Virus record (IMG/VR): IMGVR_UViG_3300037755_001323
Coordinates: 1 to 44,809 of that record
Direction: 5' to 3' (one strand)
DNA from: a virus
Lineage: Duplodnaviria; Caudoviricetes
Length of the DNA stretch: 44,809 nt
The notes beneath the pieces are model-generated. The model was not told the DNA's origin and did not search any database. It worked only from the letters and a program-made list of their open reading frames with translations. Of this stretch, positions 32,029-40,714 are shown one piece after another. Position 1 is the first letter of the stretch, and each line of letters opens with the position of its first letter. The position numbers and the translations under genes are program-made.

Positions 32029-34344
32029 TTACTGGCCCGCGCTGCGCACGCCGCCCCGGAATTCGTGCAGCGAAACGCCGAAGTCGTGGATACCGCGGAA
32101 GCGAATCCCCGGCGAGCCGAAGTCGGCCTCGGCCGTCTCGATGGTCGGCATTTCGCGGCCGTTGATGAATGCCACGCGGAAGGCGGGCACGCGGGCCGGG
32201 TCGGCCAGCAGATACCAGACGCCCGCGCCGTAACCGGTGAAACTCGAATTCTCCAGGTAGGGCGAGCTTTCCACGCGGAACCGGCCGGCGTAGATGTTCT
32301 TGCTGCCCTGCGCCGCCGTGCCCGAGCCGTCGATCAAATCGGGGCTCTTGAAAATCGTGTCGGCCGTGGCCCGCAACGAAGTCGGCACCAGCAGGATTTG
32401 CGGCTGCAAACCCGACGGCGTGCCGTTGGGTTTGGTCTGGTTCATGAACACCACCTCGGCCGCGGTCAGTCCGGCCAGCCCCAAGGCGCTGCCGCCGCCG
32501 GTCGAGACGTTGTTGTTGCCGCTCGTGAAAAAGTCGCTGTTGTCGAGCGCGACGGTGTAGTACACTTCGTTGAATCCGTCGTTGGCTCCCATCCCCATCT
32601 CGAAGGGGATTTTGCTGATCGCGTCCAAATCGTCGTTCATGAAGTCCACGCGGCCCGCCGCGAACTGGATGCCGTACATGTCGGCCTTGTCCGTGTAGGT
32701 GTCGTTGGAAACGCTGGCATGTTTGAGCTCGCCGTTGGCCCCGACCTTCAAGTACTTCATCGAGCCGGAGAGCCGGTAGCTGGTGTGCGTCAAGAAGTTC
32801 TTCACGCTCTTGCGGCCGGAGATGGCGCTCCAGGTCATGTCCTGGCCGCTCCATCCCTCCTCCAGGAATTTGTTCGCCGTGTTGCTCAAGATGCCGGCGA
32901 TATCCAGCGTGGAAAAGCCGCTGGCGCGCAGGTCGACGTCGCGTCCGCAGGCCGCCCGCATGACTTCCGGCGTGACGTCGCTGCCCAGGTGCGGATCGCG
33001 GTAGCCGTTGGCGTGGGCCGCCAGCAAGAAGGCCTGGTTCAGCCCGATGCCGCGGCTCTTGAACCGGTCGTGCGCGGCTTGCAGGGTCTGGTCGTTGAAG
33101 TGTTTTTCCAGGTTCGGCAGCCGGCCCGCCGCGCAGATGGCCGCGTCCAGCACGTCGCCGGTGATCTGTTCGCGTCCGCGGGTGGTGAAGGTGGCCAGGT
33201 TGGGCCGCTTCTGGTCGCACTCGCGGCGCAGCTCCAGCTCGTAGTCGTTGACGCTGGTGCCGTGCTCGATGGCCAGGTCGGCCCGCGCCCGCAGCACGTC
33301 GAGCTGCGTCGGGTATTCTTTGGCGAACGTGGCGAACAGCGCGGCGATGCCTTCCTGCCGCGCGTTTTCGGCCGCCTGCTCTTCGGCAACCTGCTGCACG
33401 CTGAGCGATCGAGCCGGCGAATTGGGTTTGGGCGGTTGGCCGCCGCCGGCCTCGCCACCGCCGCCGCCGGACAACTCGGCCCGCCAGGAGGCTTGCAGTT
33501 GTTCCTGCTTGTCGGCGGGCAGATCGTCGGGGTTCCAGTTGTGCGCCACCAGCCATTTGCGATATTCGGGATCCATTTCGGATGCTCCTGATAGGAGGGA
33601 GGCATCCGTGGCCGCGATCGTTACGTGATTGCCTTCGTCGGCGCCTTGGGTCGTGAAAGCGACGGAGTGGATCAAGCTTTTGCGGGCCACGACCAGCGGA
33701 CCGCTGAACGTCTGGCCGTTGACGGTGACCGATCGTCCGGCGGCGATTTTTTCCAGCCGCGTTTTGTCGAGCGCCGCCTCGATCGAAACTTCCCACGGGA
33801 AGCGGGCCAGCGGATCGTCGCTGGCCACGCTGGCCAGCACGCGCTGGGCGGCCTGGCTGCCGCCGGACACGAAGCCGGCAAAGCGAACCTGCCGGCCGTC
33901 GTTGGTCTTTTCCGAGACGTGCCCCACGATTTTTTCGTCGTCGATCTCCGCCGCGGCCGGGTCGGTGTGCCCCAGCGTGGCCGTGATCCGCCGCGCGAAG
34001 TCGGCGCCGGCTAAGTCGATCACCAGCGGCAGCTTGACGCCGCGGACGACGCCCCGCAGCAAGCCCCCGGAGTATGCCAGCATCGAAAACTTGGCCGGTC
34101 CGCCGCCGGCCGCCGCGATCTCGACGCCGGCCCGCAGCGTGGCGCAGGCGTCGAAACGCGTGCTGGCCTCGGCGCGTAACGTCATCGAACCACGGATGGA
34201 CGCGGATAAACACGGATCAAGACACGCGCCTTCGTTTCCATCCGTGTTTATCCGCGTCCATCCGCGGTTCTGTTGGTCTGATCGGCGTTCATCCGCGGTT
34301 CTTCCGGCTTGGGCCTTTCGTCTTGTTGCTCTTGGCTTGTTCAT
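32029..34344 (-). CDS. Fused prohead protease/scaffold/major capsid protein
   Basis: AYSGG..VIDLAG..H..VG protease-like N-domain; capsid domain (ILSNTANKFL, NDDLDA, ILLVP, WYLLADP, HDFGV). Start by ATGA overlap with the portal stop; alternative ATG at 34185. Confidence 0.88.
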   Translation of the reverse strand: MNKPRATRRKAQAGRTADERRSDQQNRGWTRINTDGNEGACLDPCLSASIRGSMTLRAEASTRFDACATLRAGVEIAAAGGGPAKFSMLAYSGGLLRGVVRGVKLPLVIDLAGADFARRITATLGHTDPAAAEIDDEKIVGHVSEKTNDGRQVRFAGFVSGGSQAAQRVLASVASDDPLARFPWEVSIEAALDKTRLEKIAAGRSVTVNGQTFSGPLVVARKSLIHSVAFTTQGADEGNHVTIAATDASLLSGASEMDPEYRKWLVAHNWNPDDLPADKQEQLQASWRAELSGGGGGEAGGGQPPKPNSPARSLSVQQVAEEQAAENARQEGIAALFATFAKEYPTQLDVLRARADLAIEHGTSVNDYELELRRECDQKRPNLATFTTRGREQITGDVLDAAICAAGRLPNLEKHFNDQTLQAAHDRFKSRGIGLNQAFLLAAHANGYRDPHLGSDVTPEVMRAACGRDVDLRASGFSTLDIAGILSNTANKFLEEGWSGQDMTWSAISGRKSVKNFLTHTSYRLSGSMKYLKVGANGELKHASVSNDTYTDKADMYGIQFAAGRVDFMNDDLDAISKIPFEMGMGANDGFNEVYYTVALDNSDFFTSGNNNVSTGGGSALGLAGLTAAEVVFMNQTKPNGTPSGLQPQILLVPTSLRATADTIFKSPDLIDGSGTAAQGSKNIYAGRFRVESSPYLENSSFTGYGAGVWYLLADPARVPAFRVAFINGREMPTIETAEADFGSPGIRFRGIHDFGVSLHEFRGGVRSAGQ
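34187..34270. repeat. GGA-rich palindromic repeat, full 84-bp copy, in frame within the capsid gene N-terminus
   Basis: Loop CAAGACACGCGCCTTCGTTTCC; length is 28 codons. Confidence 0.9.
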
Positions 34345-35936
34345 CGAGCGCCCGCCTCTTCGAGTTCCTGTTGCCGTTCGTCCTCTTCGATTTGGTCGAT
34401 TTGCGACGTGGCGTCTTCGTCGCCGCCGTCCGCGCCGCCGCTGTCGGTGCGACCCGGCAGCAGCGTGTCGAACAGCCGCTGCTTGTAGTCCTGGCTCGAG
34501 ATGCCGAAGAAGTCGGCCGCTTTCTGGGCCTCTTCCTCGGCGTCGTAGCCGGCGTCGGCGAAGATTTGGGGGATGGTGATGGAGCCGGTCTTCAAGCCCC
34601 GCTCGTTGAAGATGGCCTGGCCCCGGGCGTCGGTCGGCTGCTGTTGCGGCCAGTCCCAGGTGTGCGGCAGCGGCTTGTCGGCCCGGGCGTTGAAGGCGTA
34701 CTCGCCGACCGCCTCGGCCCACCACAGCCCGAACATTTTGGAGAGCACCATCAGTTCCGCGCCGACCCGGTCGACGTCGATGCCCTGGAACAAGCCCTGC
34801 ATGTCGAGCTTGCTGCTGGCCAGGTTGGCGCCGGAGCTGTCGGCGGCCGAGACGTTGTAGGGCATGCCGAGCGGCCGGCCGAGCTCGGCCACGTTGGCCT
34901 TCATGAACTCGCCGTATTGCGTGTTGGGGTGTTCGGCCTTGAGTTGCGTGGCTTGCGTCTGCCAGGGCAGCGCGGCGATCATGCCCTTGTTGATGTTGGC
35001 GGTGGTGAAGGGCGCCACCAGCTCATCCTCTTCCGGGAGCATGTCGGTGTTCAGCACCAGCGTGAAGTCGGCCGCCGTTTCGGCCGCGTTCAGCGTGGCT
35101 TCGCGCATGCGGCGATAGGCCGCGCCCGGTCCGCCCAGCGTGCTGCTCAACTCGGGCATGCCGCGGTGCTGGCCCGGCCGCGTGCCGTGAAACCAGTGCA
35201 GCACGTATTCGGCCGGCGTGGGAATCGGGTTGAAGTAGCTGTGCATGAAGCCCAGCCGGCCGGGGTGCTCGGGCAGCACGTCGTACAGCGACGGGTTGCC
35301 GAACGCGTCCAGCACCAGGCCGTCGATGTGGTTGCGATCGAAGTAGGTCAGCAGGGGCGTTTGCACCTGCTCGGTTTCGATCAGCCGCACGTCCAGCTTG
35401 ACGCGCGTCGGCAGGCGGGGGTTGTATCCGACGAGCCCAAAAGCCTCGCCGTCCTGCACCCGGGCGTGGGTCATGGTCCACAGCTTGAGCGCGAAGCGGG
35501 TGGCGCGGAACCAGTCTTTCCACAGCCGCTCGACCAGCGCGTTGAACGTTTTGTTGCCGGTCTGCACGCGCAGCTTGGGTCCGTCGCCGCAAAAATAGTC
35601 GGCGTAGGTTTTGAGGATTCCGCGCACGTAGCCGTTGTTGGCCGTCTCGTGCCGCGAGCGGATGACGGCCTGGTGCCGCACGAAGCGGGAGTGGGCGCTG
35701 TCGGCGTCCAGCGCGTCGGCGGCCACCCAGTGGTTGGAGTTCCAGGCGGATTCCTGGGTCAGGTCGAAGGTGGCTTGTGCCTGGTGCCCTCCGCGCGGCG
35801 CCTGGGCTTGCACCTGGCGGGCATGGCGCGGTGCGGCTGTCGGCCGCGGCAGAAAATCGCCGTCTGGTCCGAGGATTTTGGAAAGTCGGTTGGCCTGCCT
35901 GCCCGTTCGCTCCGATGCCCGCGCCAGCGCGATCAG
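34341..35936 (-). CDS. Portal protein, lambda family (start uncertain: CTG 35936 or GTG 35813)
   Basis: RSRHETANN.Y..G, DGEAF, IDG..LD.FG.P..Y, VLH.F...RPGQ.RG.P, D.S.AN.AS motifs. Confidence 0.92.
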   Translation of the reverse strand: MIALARASERTGRQANRLSKILGPDGDFLPRPTAAPRHARQVQAQAPRGGHQAQATFDLTQESAWNSNHWVAADALDADSAHSRFVRHQAVIRSRHETANNGYVRGILKTYADYFCGDGPKLRVQTGNKTFNALVERLWKDWFRATRFALKLWTMTHARVQDGEAFGLVGYNPRLPTRVKLDVRLIETEQVQTPLLTYFDRNHIDGLVLDAFGNPSLYDVLPEHPGRLGFMHSYFNPIPTPAEYVLHWFHGTRPGQHRGMPELSSTLGGPGAAYRRMREATLNAAETAADFTLVLNTDMLPEEDELVAPFTTANINKGMIAALPWQTQATQLKAEHPNTQYGEFMKANVAELGRPLGMPYNVSAADSSGANLASSKLDMQGLFQGIDVDRVGAELMVLSKMFGLWWAEAVGEYAFNARADKPLPHTWDWPQQQPTDARGQAIFNERGLKTGSITIPQIFADAGYDAEEEAQKAADFFGISSQDYKQRLFDTLLPGRTDSGGADGGDEDATSQIDQIEEDERQQELEEAGAR

Positions 35937-35961
35937 TGTGTTGCCTCGAAAAGGTTGGGGT

Positions 35962-36165
35962 TCAGCCGGCCGGGCCGTGCTGGGCCTGCTTGATGCGGAT
36001 GCCGAACAGTCCGCCGTCGGCGGCGGCCGCTCGCTTGCGTGCCAGGTAGCGATCGGCCTCGACGAGTTCGCCGAGTGGCCGCCGCGTGGTGCTGCCGGCG
36101 TCGCTGGAGAGGCTGGCCGGTTTGGCCGCTTCTCGTTCGATCGTCTCGTCGAGCGGATCGCTCAT
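35962..36165 (-). CDS. Head completion protein (gpW-like)
   Basis: PASLSSDAGSTTRRPLGELVEADRYL; directly upstream of portal. Confidence 0.7.
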   Translation of the reverse strand: MSDPLDETIEREAAKPASLSSDAGSTTRRPLGELVEADRYLARKRAAAADGGLFGIRIKQAQHGPAG

Positions 36166-36232
36166 GGCAGGCCCGGATGGTCAGATAGCGCTAAATCAAC
36201 AGCGCTTCCGGGCGCGACGTGTTGTGCGGTTC

Positions 36233-36295
36233 ATTATAGCCGCGCGGGGGGCGGCGGCTGGTCCGCTGCCCCAGAAACCTGCTACATGTAGCAGG
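36233..36295 (-). promoter_or_regulatory. Candidate late promoter: TATAAT plus upstream 18-bp perfect palindrome
   Basis: TATAAT at 36238-36233 with no good -35; CCTGCTACATGTAGCAGG at 36278-36295. Confidence 0.55.
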
Positions 36296-36391
36296 GCGAT
36301 AGCGCGAAAGTCCGCCCTGTGGACTTCCGGCCGCGATTGGCGGTGGGCAGGCGCGATCGGCGCAATAGAAGGTTATCTGAGGTGCGGGACC

Positions 36392-36937
36392 TCAGATGGA
36401 GTTTTCGCGGGATTTTTCGCCGAACTGCTGGTGGGGTTCCAGGATCGCCACGCCGTCGGCCGTTTTCTCAATCATGAGCGTAAGGACCAGACCGGCGGTA
36501 ACCATCGCCAGGGCTTGTTCATAGGTCGGCTTTCCAAATGAGTGCGGCTTTTCCTGATGCCAGAAGTCGCCCTGGTCGGCAAGATACCGGGCCAACTCTT
36601 CGAGCGTCGCAAAGGGAGGGGAGACGGGCGTCCCTTCGGAAACCGTCTCGTAAAGCTGATACCACGTCGGTTCGGCGGCGAACGCCGGCCGGCAGGTTGT
36701 TTTGTCGGGCGGGGGCTCGTAGTCCCAAAAATACTTGCAGTACTCGCAGGGCTGCGCCTCGTGTTGGCCCGCCCGCCACAAATCGAAACGGTCGATCCAC
36801 TCCCCAGCGGCCGTTTCGTAATCGGTATCGAAACACGGTCGATAGTATCCGGCCATCTCGACAGACGGCGTCGCATCGTCTGGCGTGAATTTTGGATGCT
36901 CCCAGTGCGGAGGTACTCGCCTCACTTCGCGTCCCAT
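36392..36937 (-). CDS. Hypothetical phage protein
   Basis: MGREVRRVPPHWEHP...YQLYETVSEGTPVSPPF; AAGGA RBS. Confidence 0.75.
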   Translation of the reverse strand: MGREVRRVPPHWEHPKFTPDDATPSVEMAGYYRPCFDTDYETAAGEWIDRFDLWRAGQHEAQPCEYCKYFWDYEPPPDKTTCRPAFAAEPTWYQLYETVSEGTPVSPPFATLEELARYLADQGDFWHQEKPHSFGKPTYEQALAMVTAGLVLTLMIEKTADGVAILEPHQQFGEKSRENSI

Positions 36938-37011
36938 GTTTTCGTTCCTTTCTGAGAAACTGTCCACACTGTGGGCATACCCCACGCACCCCGCACGTTG
37001 GGCGGCCGACA

Positions 37012-37584
37012 TCATAGCAGCGATTCGCGGTCGCGCCAGGTTTGCCCGTTCGCGTCGCGCGAGTCGGGTAGCACGAGCGGCACCGCGGGCGGGTCCGTAG
37101 CCGGCGAAGCCGACTCGCCACGATCGCAATAAACGGCCGGGCCGAGGTCAATCCCCCGGACCAGTACCCGGTATTTCGGATGGCCCTGATCGCCAGCGGC
37201 GCCGTTGACCCCGGCTCGCCCGTTTCCGGGATTGGGGACAATCGCGTAGCGGCCGTCAGGAAGTTGCACGATCTCGCCGTCGATCATGGCCGCGCGGTTG
37301 TCCAGGTGGTGCAGGCGCGTGCGGCGCGCTTCGGGATCGTCGTTCGACGGGTCGGCGGCGACTACCAAGTCGTACGGCATGCCCAGCGACCGGGCTAACT
37401 CGGCCATGGCAACGACGTACCTGTTGCTCAGCACCCAGCCGAGCTCGGGCTGGACCGGGAGGTACGGCAAGACGCAATTCCCGGCGTCGATTTTGTTGGC
37501 CAGGTTGTTCAGGATGCCGCCAATTGTTGGGGTCGCAAAGGCCTTTGGCTCCACGCTTTGTTCTCCTTTTGGCAGGGGTTCCAT
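37012..37584 (-). CDS. Hypothetical protein
   Basis: 190-aa ORF; possible internal GTG start after AGGAG. Confidence 0.55.
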   Translation of the reverse strand: MEPLPKGEQSVEPKAFATPTIGGILNNLANKIDAGNCVLPYLPVQPELGWVLSNRYVVAMAELARSLGMPYDLVVAADPSNDDPEARRTRLHHLDNRAAMIDGEIVQLPDGRYAIVPNPGNGRAGVNGAAGDQGHPKYRVLVRGIDLGPAVYCDRGESASPATDPPAVPLVLPDSRDANGQTWRDRESLL

Positions 37585-37593
37585 GCAGCGGTC

Positions 37594-38010
37594 CTACCTA
37601 TACTGCCAGAACTCCATTCCTGGGCAGAGCCTTTTTCCTAGTTCCTCGATGGCCGCGACGCGCTCCATTTGCACCGCCCGCAGACGTGGGTCCAGTGGTG
37701 TGCAGACGCTCACAAGATCCATCACGCGTCGCAGCAGCTTGCCGCATTCTGCCGCGTCTTCATGGTGCAGCGCGACAGCCGGGTCAGGCTGCAGACGATA
37801 AGCCATGCCCGTAATCCAGCTCGGGTCGAGACTGAGAAGCTTCAGCGCATCGACCCTGAACATCAAATGTACGCAGCCAGGCGGACGTAGGAGTTTTTCC
37901 CGGAACTCCTGCCGGGCCGCTGCTGACTTGTTGGCTGACTCTTGCTCGACCCAGGCTTCGATCGGGTGACAAGATCCATGACTATCGCTGCTCACCAAAT
38001 AGACTTGCAC
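37594..38010 (-). CDS. Hypothetical protein
   Basis: 138-aa ORF, lower GC, downstream of TATAAT at 38071-38066. Confidence 0.55.
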   Translation of the reverse strand: MQVYLVSSDSHGSCHPIEAWVEQESANKSAAARQEFREKLLRPPGCVHLMFRVDALKLLSLDPSWITGMAYRLQPDPAVALHHEDAAECGKLLRRVMDLVSVCTPLDPRLRAVQMERVAAIEELGKRLCPGMEFWQYR

Positions 38011-38079
38011 GGTTCACCTTTCCAGCGGTGTTTCGAAGGCTTCGTTTCAAACGCCGCGCGGGGGCATTATACCCAGGTC

Positions 38080-38271
38080 TTAGGCCGTCTCGAACGTCGT
38101 CTGGCGATCGTGGCAGTGCAGGCAGATGGTTTCGCGCACGATCACGCCGTCGCCCCGCCGGGTGCGCAGCACGCGGCGGTCGGTCGAGCGGCACTGCCGG
38201 CAGGGGATCCCCCGGTCGCCGGCCTCGCGCTGCATGTGCCCCATGTCGCGGAGCGGTTTTTCTCTGGGCAT
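38080..38271 (-). CDS. Zn-ribbon protein (Ogr/NrdR-like)
   Basis: CRQC...RVLRTR...RETICLHC...TFE. Confidence 0.7.
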   Translation of the reverse strand: MPREKPLRDMGHMQREAGDRGIPCRQCRSTDRRVLRTRRGDGVIVRETICLHCHDRQTTFETA

Positions 38272-38277
38272 GTGCTT

Positions 38278-40692
38278 TCAATCCGCCTCCGCCGGCGCCG
38301 TCCGCCCGGCGTCGCGTTGCATGTCGGCCAGGCTCCGCCGCTGCCGCCGGCCAGGCGCGGCGCCGACCACCCGGCTGCCGAGCACCGACAGGGCGAAGCA
38401 GGCCATCGCCTGGGCGTCCAGCCAGTGGTTGTCTTTGTGCCGGCGATCCCAGAAGGCGCGGGTCCCGCGGCCCGGCTCGAAATCCTCGACCCATATCTCT
38501 GCCTCCGTCTGGCGTCCGAATTTGGCGTGCCGGTGGCTGTCCAAGCTGCGCCACAGCGACAGCCCGCCCCGGCGGTAGCCCCCCGCGTCGTCCAGCGTGG
38601 GCGTCATCCAGCGGGCGTGCACGAACCGCTTCCAATAGTCGGCGTCGAAGCCGTACAGCCAGATATTGCGCTGTTGCGGCTGGCGGGCGATGAACCAGGC
38701 CTCGCCGATCTGCCGCTGGCCCGGCTTGGCGGCGCCCAGCCGGAAGGGCGATTGCCCGCGGCCGGAGCCAAAACCCTTGGCCGGCACGAACGGTTTGCCG
38801 ACCTGCCGGCAAAACTCGTACACCGCCGGCTGGTGCAGACCCGATCCCGAGTCGACCGGCACCAGTCCCGGCTCGATCACGGCACCTTCGTCGTCGGTGT
38901 ACGGATGCTGGATCCAATGGTCGCGCAAGTTCAACAGCGTGGCCAGGATGGCTTGCTCGATCGCCATCCGCCGCCGCGGGTCGTCGGGCTCCAGCCGCGC
39001 CACGGCCGGGTCGAGCTCGCCCGGGCTGGTGCCGTGGACATCGGCCCGGCCGTAATCGATCACGAAATAAGCGCTCTGCGGGTTGCTGGCCACCGCCGTC
39101 CAGTGCAGCGTGTACATGCCGACGTCAATGCCGATGGCCAGCCGTCCGCCGGGCGGGGCGATCGCCTGCGGGTAGCCGTGCAGCCGCGACACGACCACCG
39201 CCGCGGTCAAGCCCGAGCTTTGGGGCCCGGCCTCCTGCGGCGGGTCGCAGTTGTACTCGGTGGCGAAATGATCCCAGCCCCGATCGGCGATGATCGTATA
39301 GCACGATTCGAGCGCCGAGCACTCCTTCGGCTGTCCGTCGGCCAGCGGCCGGCTATCGAAACGGTAGGGGTTGGTCACCACGCCGCCGGCGTCCATGGCT
39401 GCGCGGTTGTCGAGGTAGTGCTGGTGCGCGCGGCGCGCGTCGGGATCGTCGCCGGCCCGCTGCTGCCGCAGCGCGATGAACGCTTCCCACAAATCCTCAC
39501 GCTCCGGCTTGGTGGCCAGCAGCTGGTGCCGCTGCGGACGCCAGCTCGGCTTTTGCGCCGGGTCGCTGTAGATCGCCGCGCAGCAGGTGCGGTTGATGGG
39601 CGTCCCCAGAAAGACCCGCGCGATACCGCGGTCGGGTCCGGCCAGCCCGCCCACGTCCTCCTCGATGATCGACTGCCGGGTAGCGGTTTGCAGCCGCGAG
39701 CGGGCGCTCTCGCGGCTGTCGATATCGTCCAGAATCACCACCTCGGGGCGGCGGTTGTTGACGGTGTAGCCGCGGATCGGGCCGTCGATGCCCAGAGCCG
39801 CGGTCACCTGCCCGCCGGCGGCCGACACGATATCGTCGGGCACGTCCCGCCAGGCGTGCGCCCGCAGCAGCTCGGTCGGCACGCTGGGCAGCACGATCGA
39901 CTCGTCGCTCCATTCCAGGTCGGTGTGCCGGCCGTGCACCGTTTGCTGGCGGGCTTTCGAGGGCCAGCGGCAGCAATCCCGGATCGGCAGGGCCAGTTCC
40001 GGGAAATCGGCGGCCAGCGGATCGCTGTCGCGGATGGCGTGTTTTAGGTTTTTCAGATCCCGCGTGGCCCGCGGGCCGCTCTTGGCGATCACCAGCGTGA
40101 ACAGCACGGCTCCGGCCAGCCCCAGGGCCAGCGAGCCGAACAGGGCCGCGCGGGTCTTGCCGTCGCCCCGCGGTCCGACGATGGCCTGGTCGCCGCCGTA
40201 GCGGGCGGCGTGCATGATGGCGTCGATCATTTCGCGGCGGCTGGGGGTGAAGGGCTGGTAAAAGATTTCGCCGAAGTAGGTTTCCAGCAGCAGGTACACG
40301 TCGGCCAGGCAATCGCGACGGCGGTTCGGCTCGGCCGGCGGCGGGATCGATAGATCCCGCTGGGCGGCCCGCTTGGCGGCCATCCGCGCCGCGTCGCTCG
40401 AGCGTCCCGCCGGCGTCCCGCCGGTCAGCGCCTGGATTTTGGCCAGCGTGGCTTGGACTTTCTTGGTGCGGCGGTTGATCTCGGCGGCCGGGTCGAGGGG
40501 CCGTTCGACGGGCCGCCGCTGGCGCGTTTTTGTTTCGCCCGCCCCCCGCTGTTTGCCTTTCTTCGTGCTGGCCGGTCTCTTGACCGGGGGCCTAGCGCGG
40601 CCGGCCGTTTTGGCGGCGGCGGCGGCCTGCCTCTTGTTTGGGCGCGCGGGCTTGTCCCGTTTCGCGCCTGTCCGCTGTAGCTTGCGCGTCAA
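38278..40692 (-). CDS. terL: Terminase large subunit (GpA-type) with basic N-terminal extension
   Basis: Walker A PRGDGKT, Walker B VILDDI, FLGTPI, nuclease IGIDVG, VDSG, DNHWLD. Confidence 0.92.
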   Translation of the reverse strand: MTRKLQRTGAKRDKPARPNKRQAAAAAKTAGRARPPVKRPASTKKGKQRGAGETKTRQRRPVERPLDPAAEINRRTKKVQATLAKIQALTGGTPAGRSSDAARMAAKRAAQRDLSIPPPAEPNRRRDCLADVYLLLETYFGEIFYQPFTPSRREMIDAIMHAARYGGDQAIVGPRGDGKTRAALFGSLALGLAGAVLFTLVIAKSGPRATRDLKNLKHAIRDSDPLAADFPELALPIRDCCRWPSKARQQTVHGRHTDLEWSDESIVLPSVPTELLRAHAWRDVPDDIVSAAGGQVTAALGIDGPIRGYTVNNRRPEVVILDDIDSRESARSRLQTATRQSIIEEDVGGLAGPDRGIARVFLGTPINRTCCAAIYSDPAQKPSWRPQRHQLLATKPEREDLWEAFIALRQQRAGDDPDARRAHQHYLDNRAAMDAGGVVTNPYRFDSRPLADGQPKECSALESCYTIIADRGWDHFATEYNCDPPQEAGPQSSGLTAAVVVSRLHGYPQAIAPPGGRLAIGIDVGMYTLHWTAVASNPQSAYFVIDYGRADVHGTSPGELDPAVARLEPDDPRRRMAIEQAILATLLNLRDHWIQHPYTDDEGAVIEPGLVPVDSGSGLHQPAVYEFCRQVGKPFVPAKGFGSGRGQSPFRLGAAKPGQRQIGEAWFIARQPQQRNIWLYGFDADYWKRFVHARWMTPTLDDAGGYRRGGLSLWRSLDSHRHAKFGRQTEAEIWVEDFEPGRGTRAFWDRRHKDNHWLDAQAMACFALSVLGSRVVGAAPGRRQRRSLADMQRDAGRTAPAEAD

Positions 40693-40714
40693 TGTTCACG
40701 ATCGGCTGCCTTGC

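Noticed and set aside
5415-34300. CRISPR array interpretation of the repeats
   Set aside because: Copies are dispersed, with no regular spacers and no cas genes.
31132-40047. Long plus-strand ORFs (31132-33591, 34074-35993, 37942-40047) and similar ones elsewhere
   Set aside because: Antisense shadows of real high-GC genes; no motifs and atypical composition.
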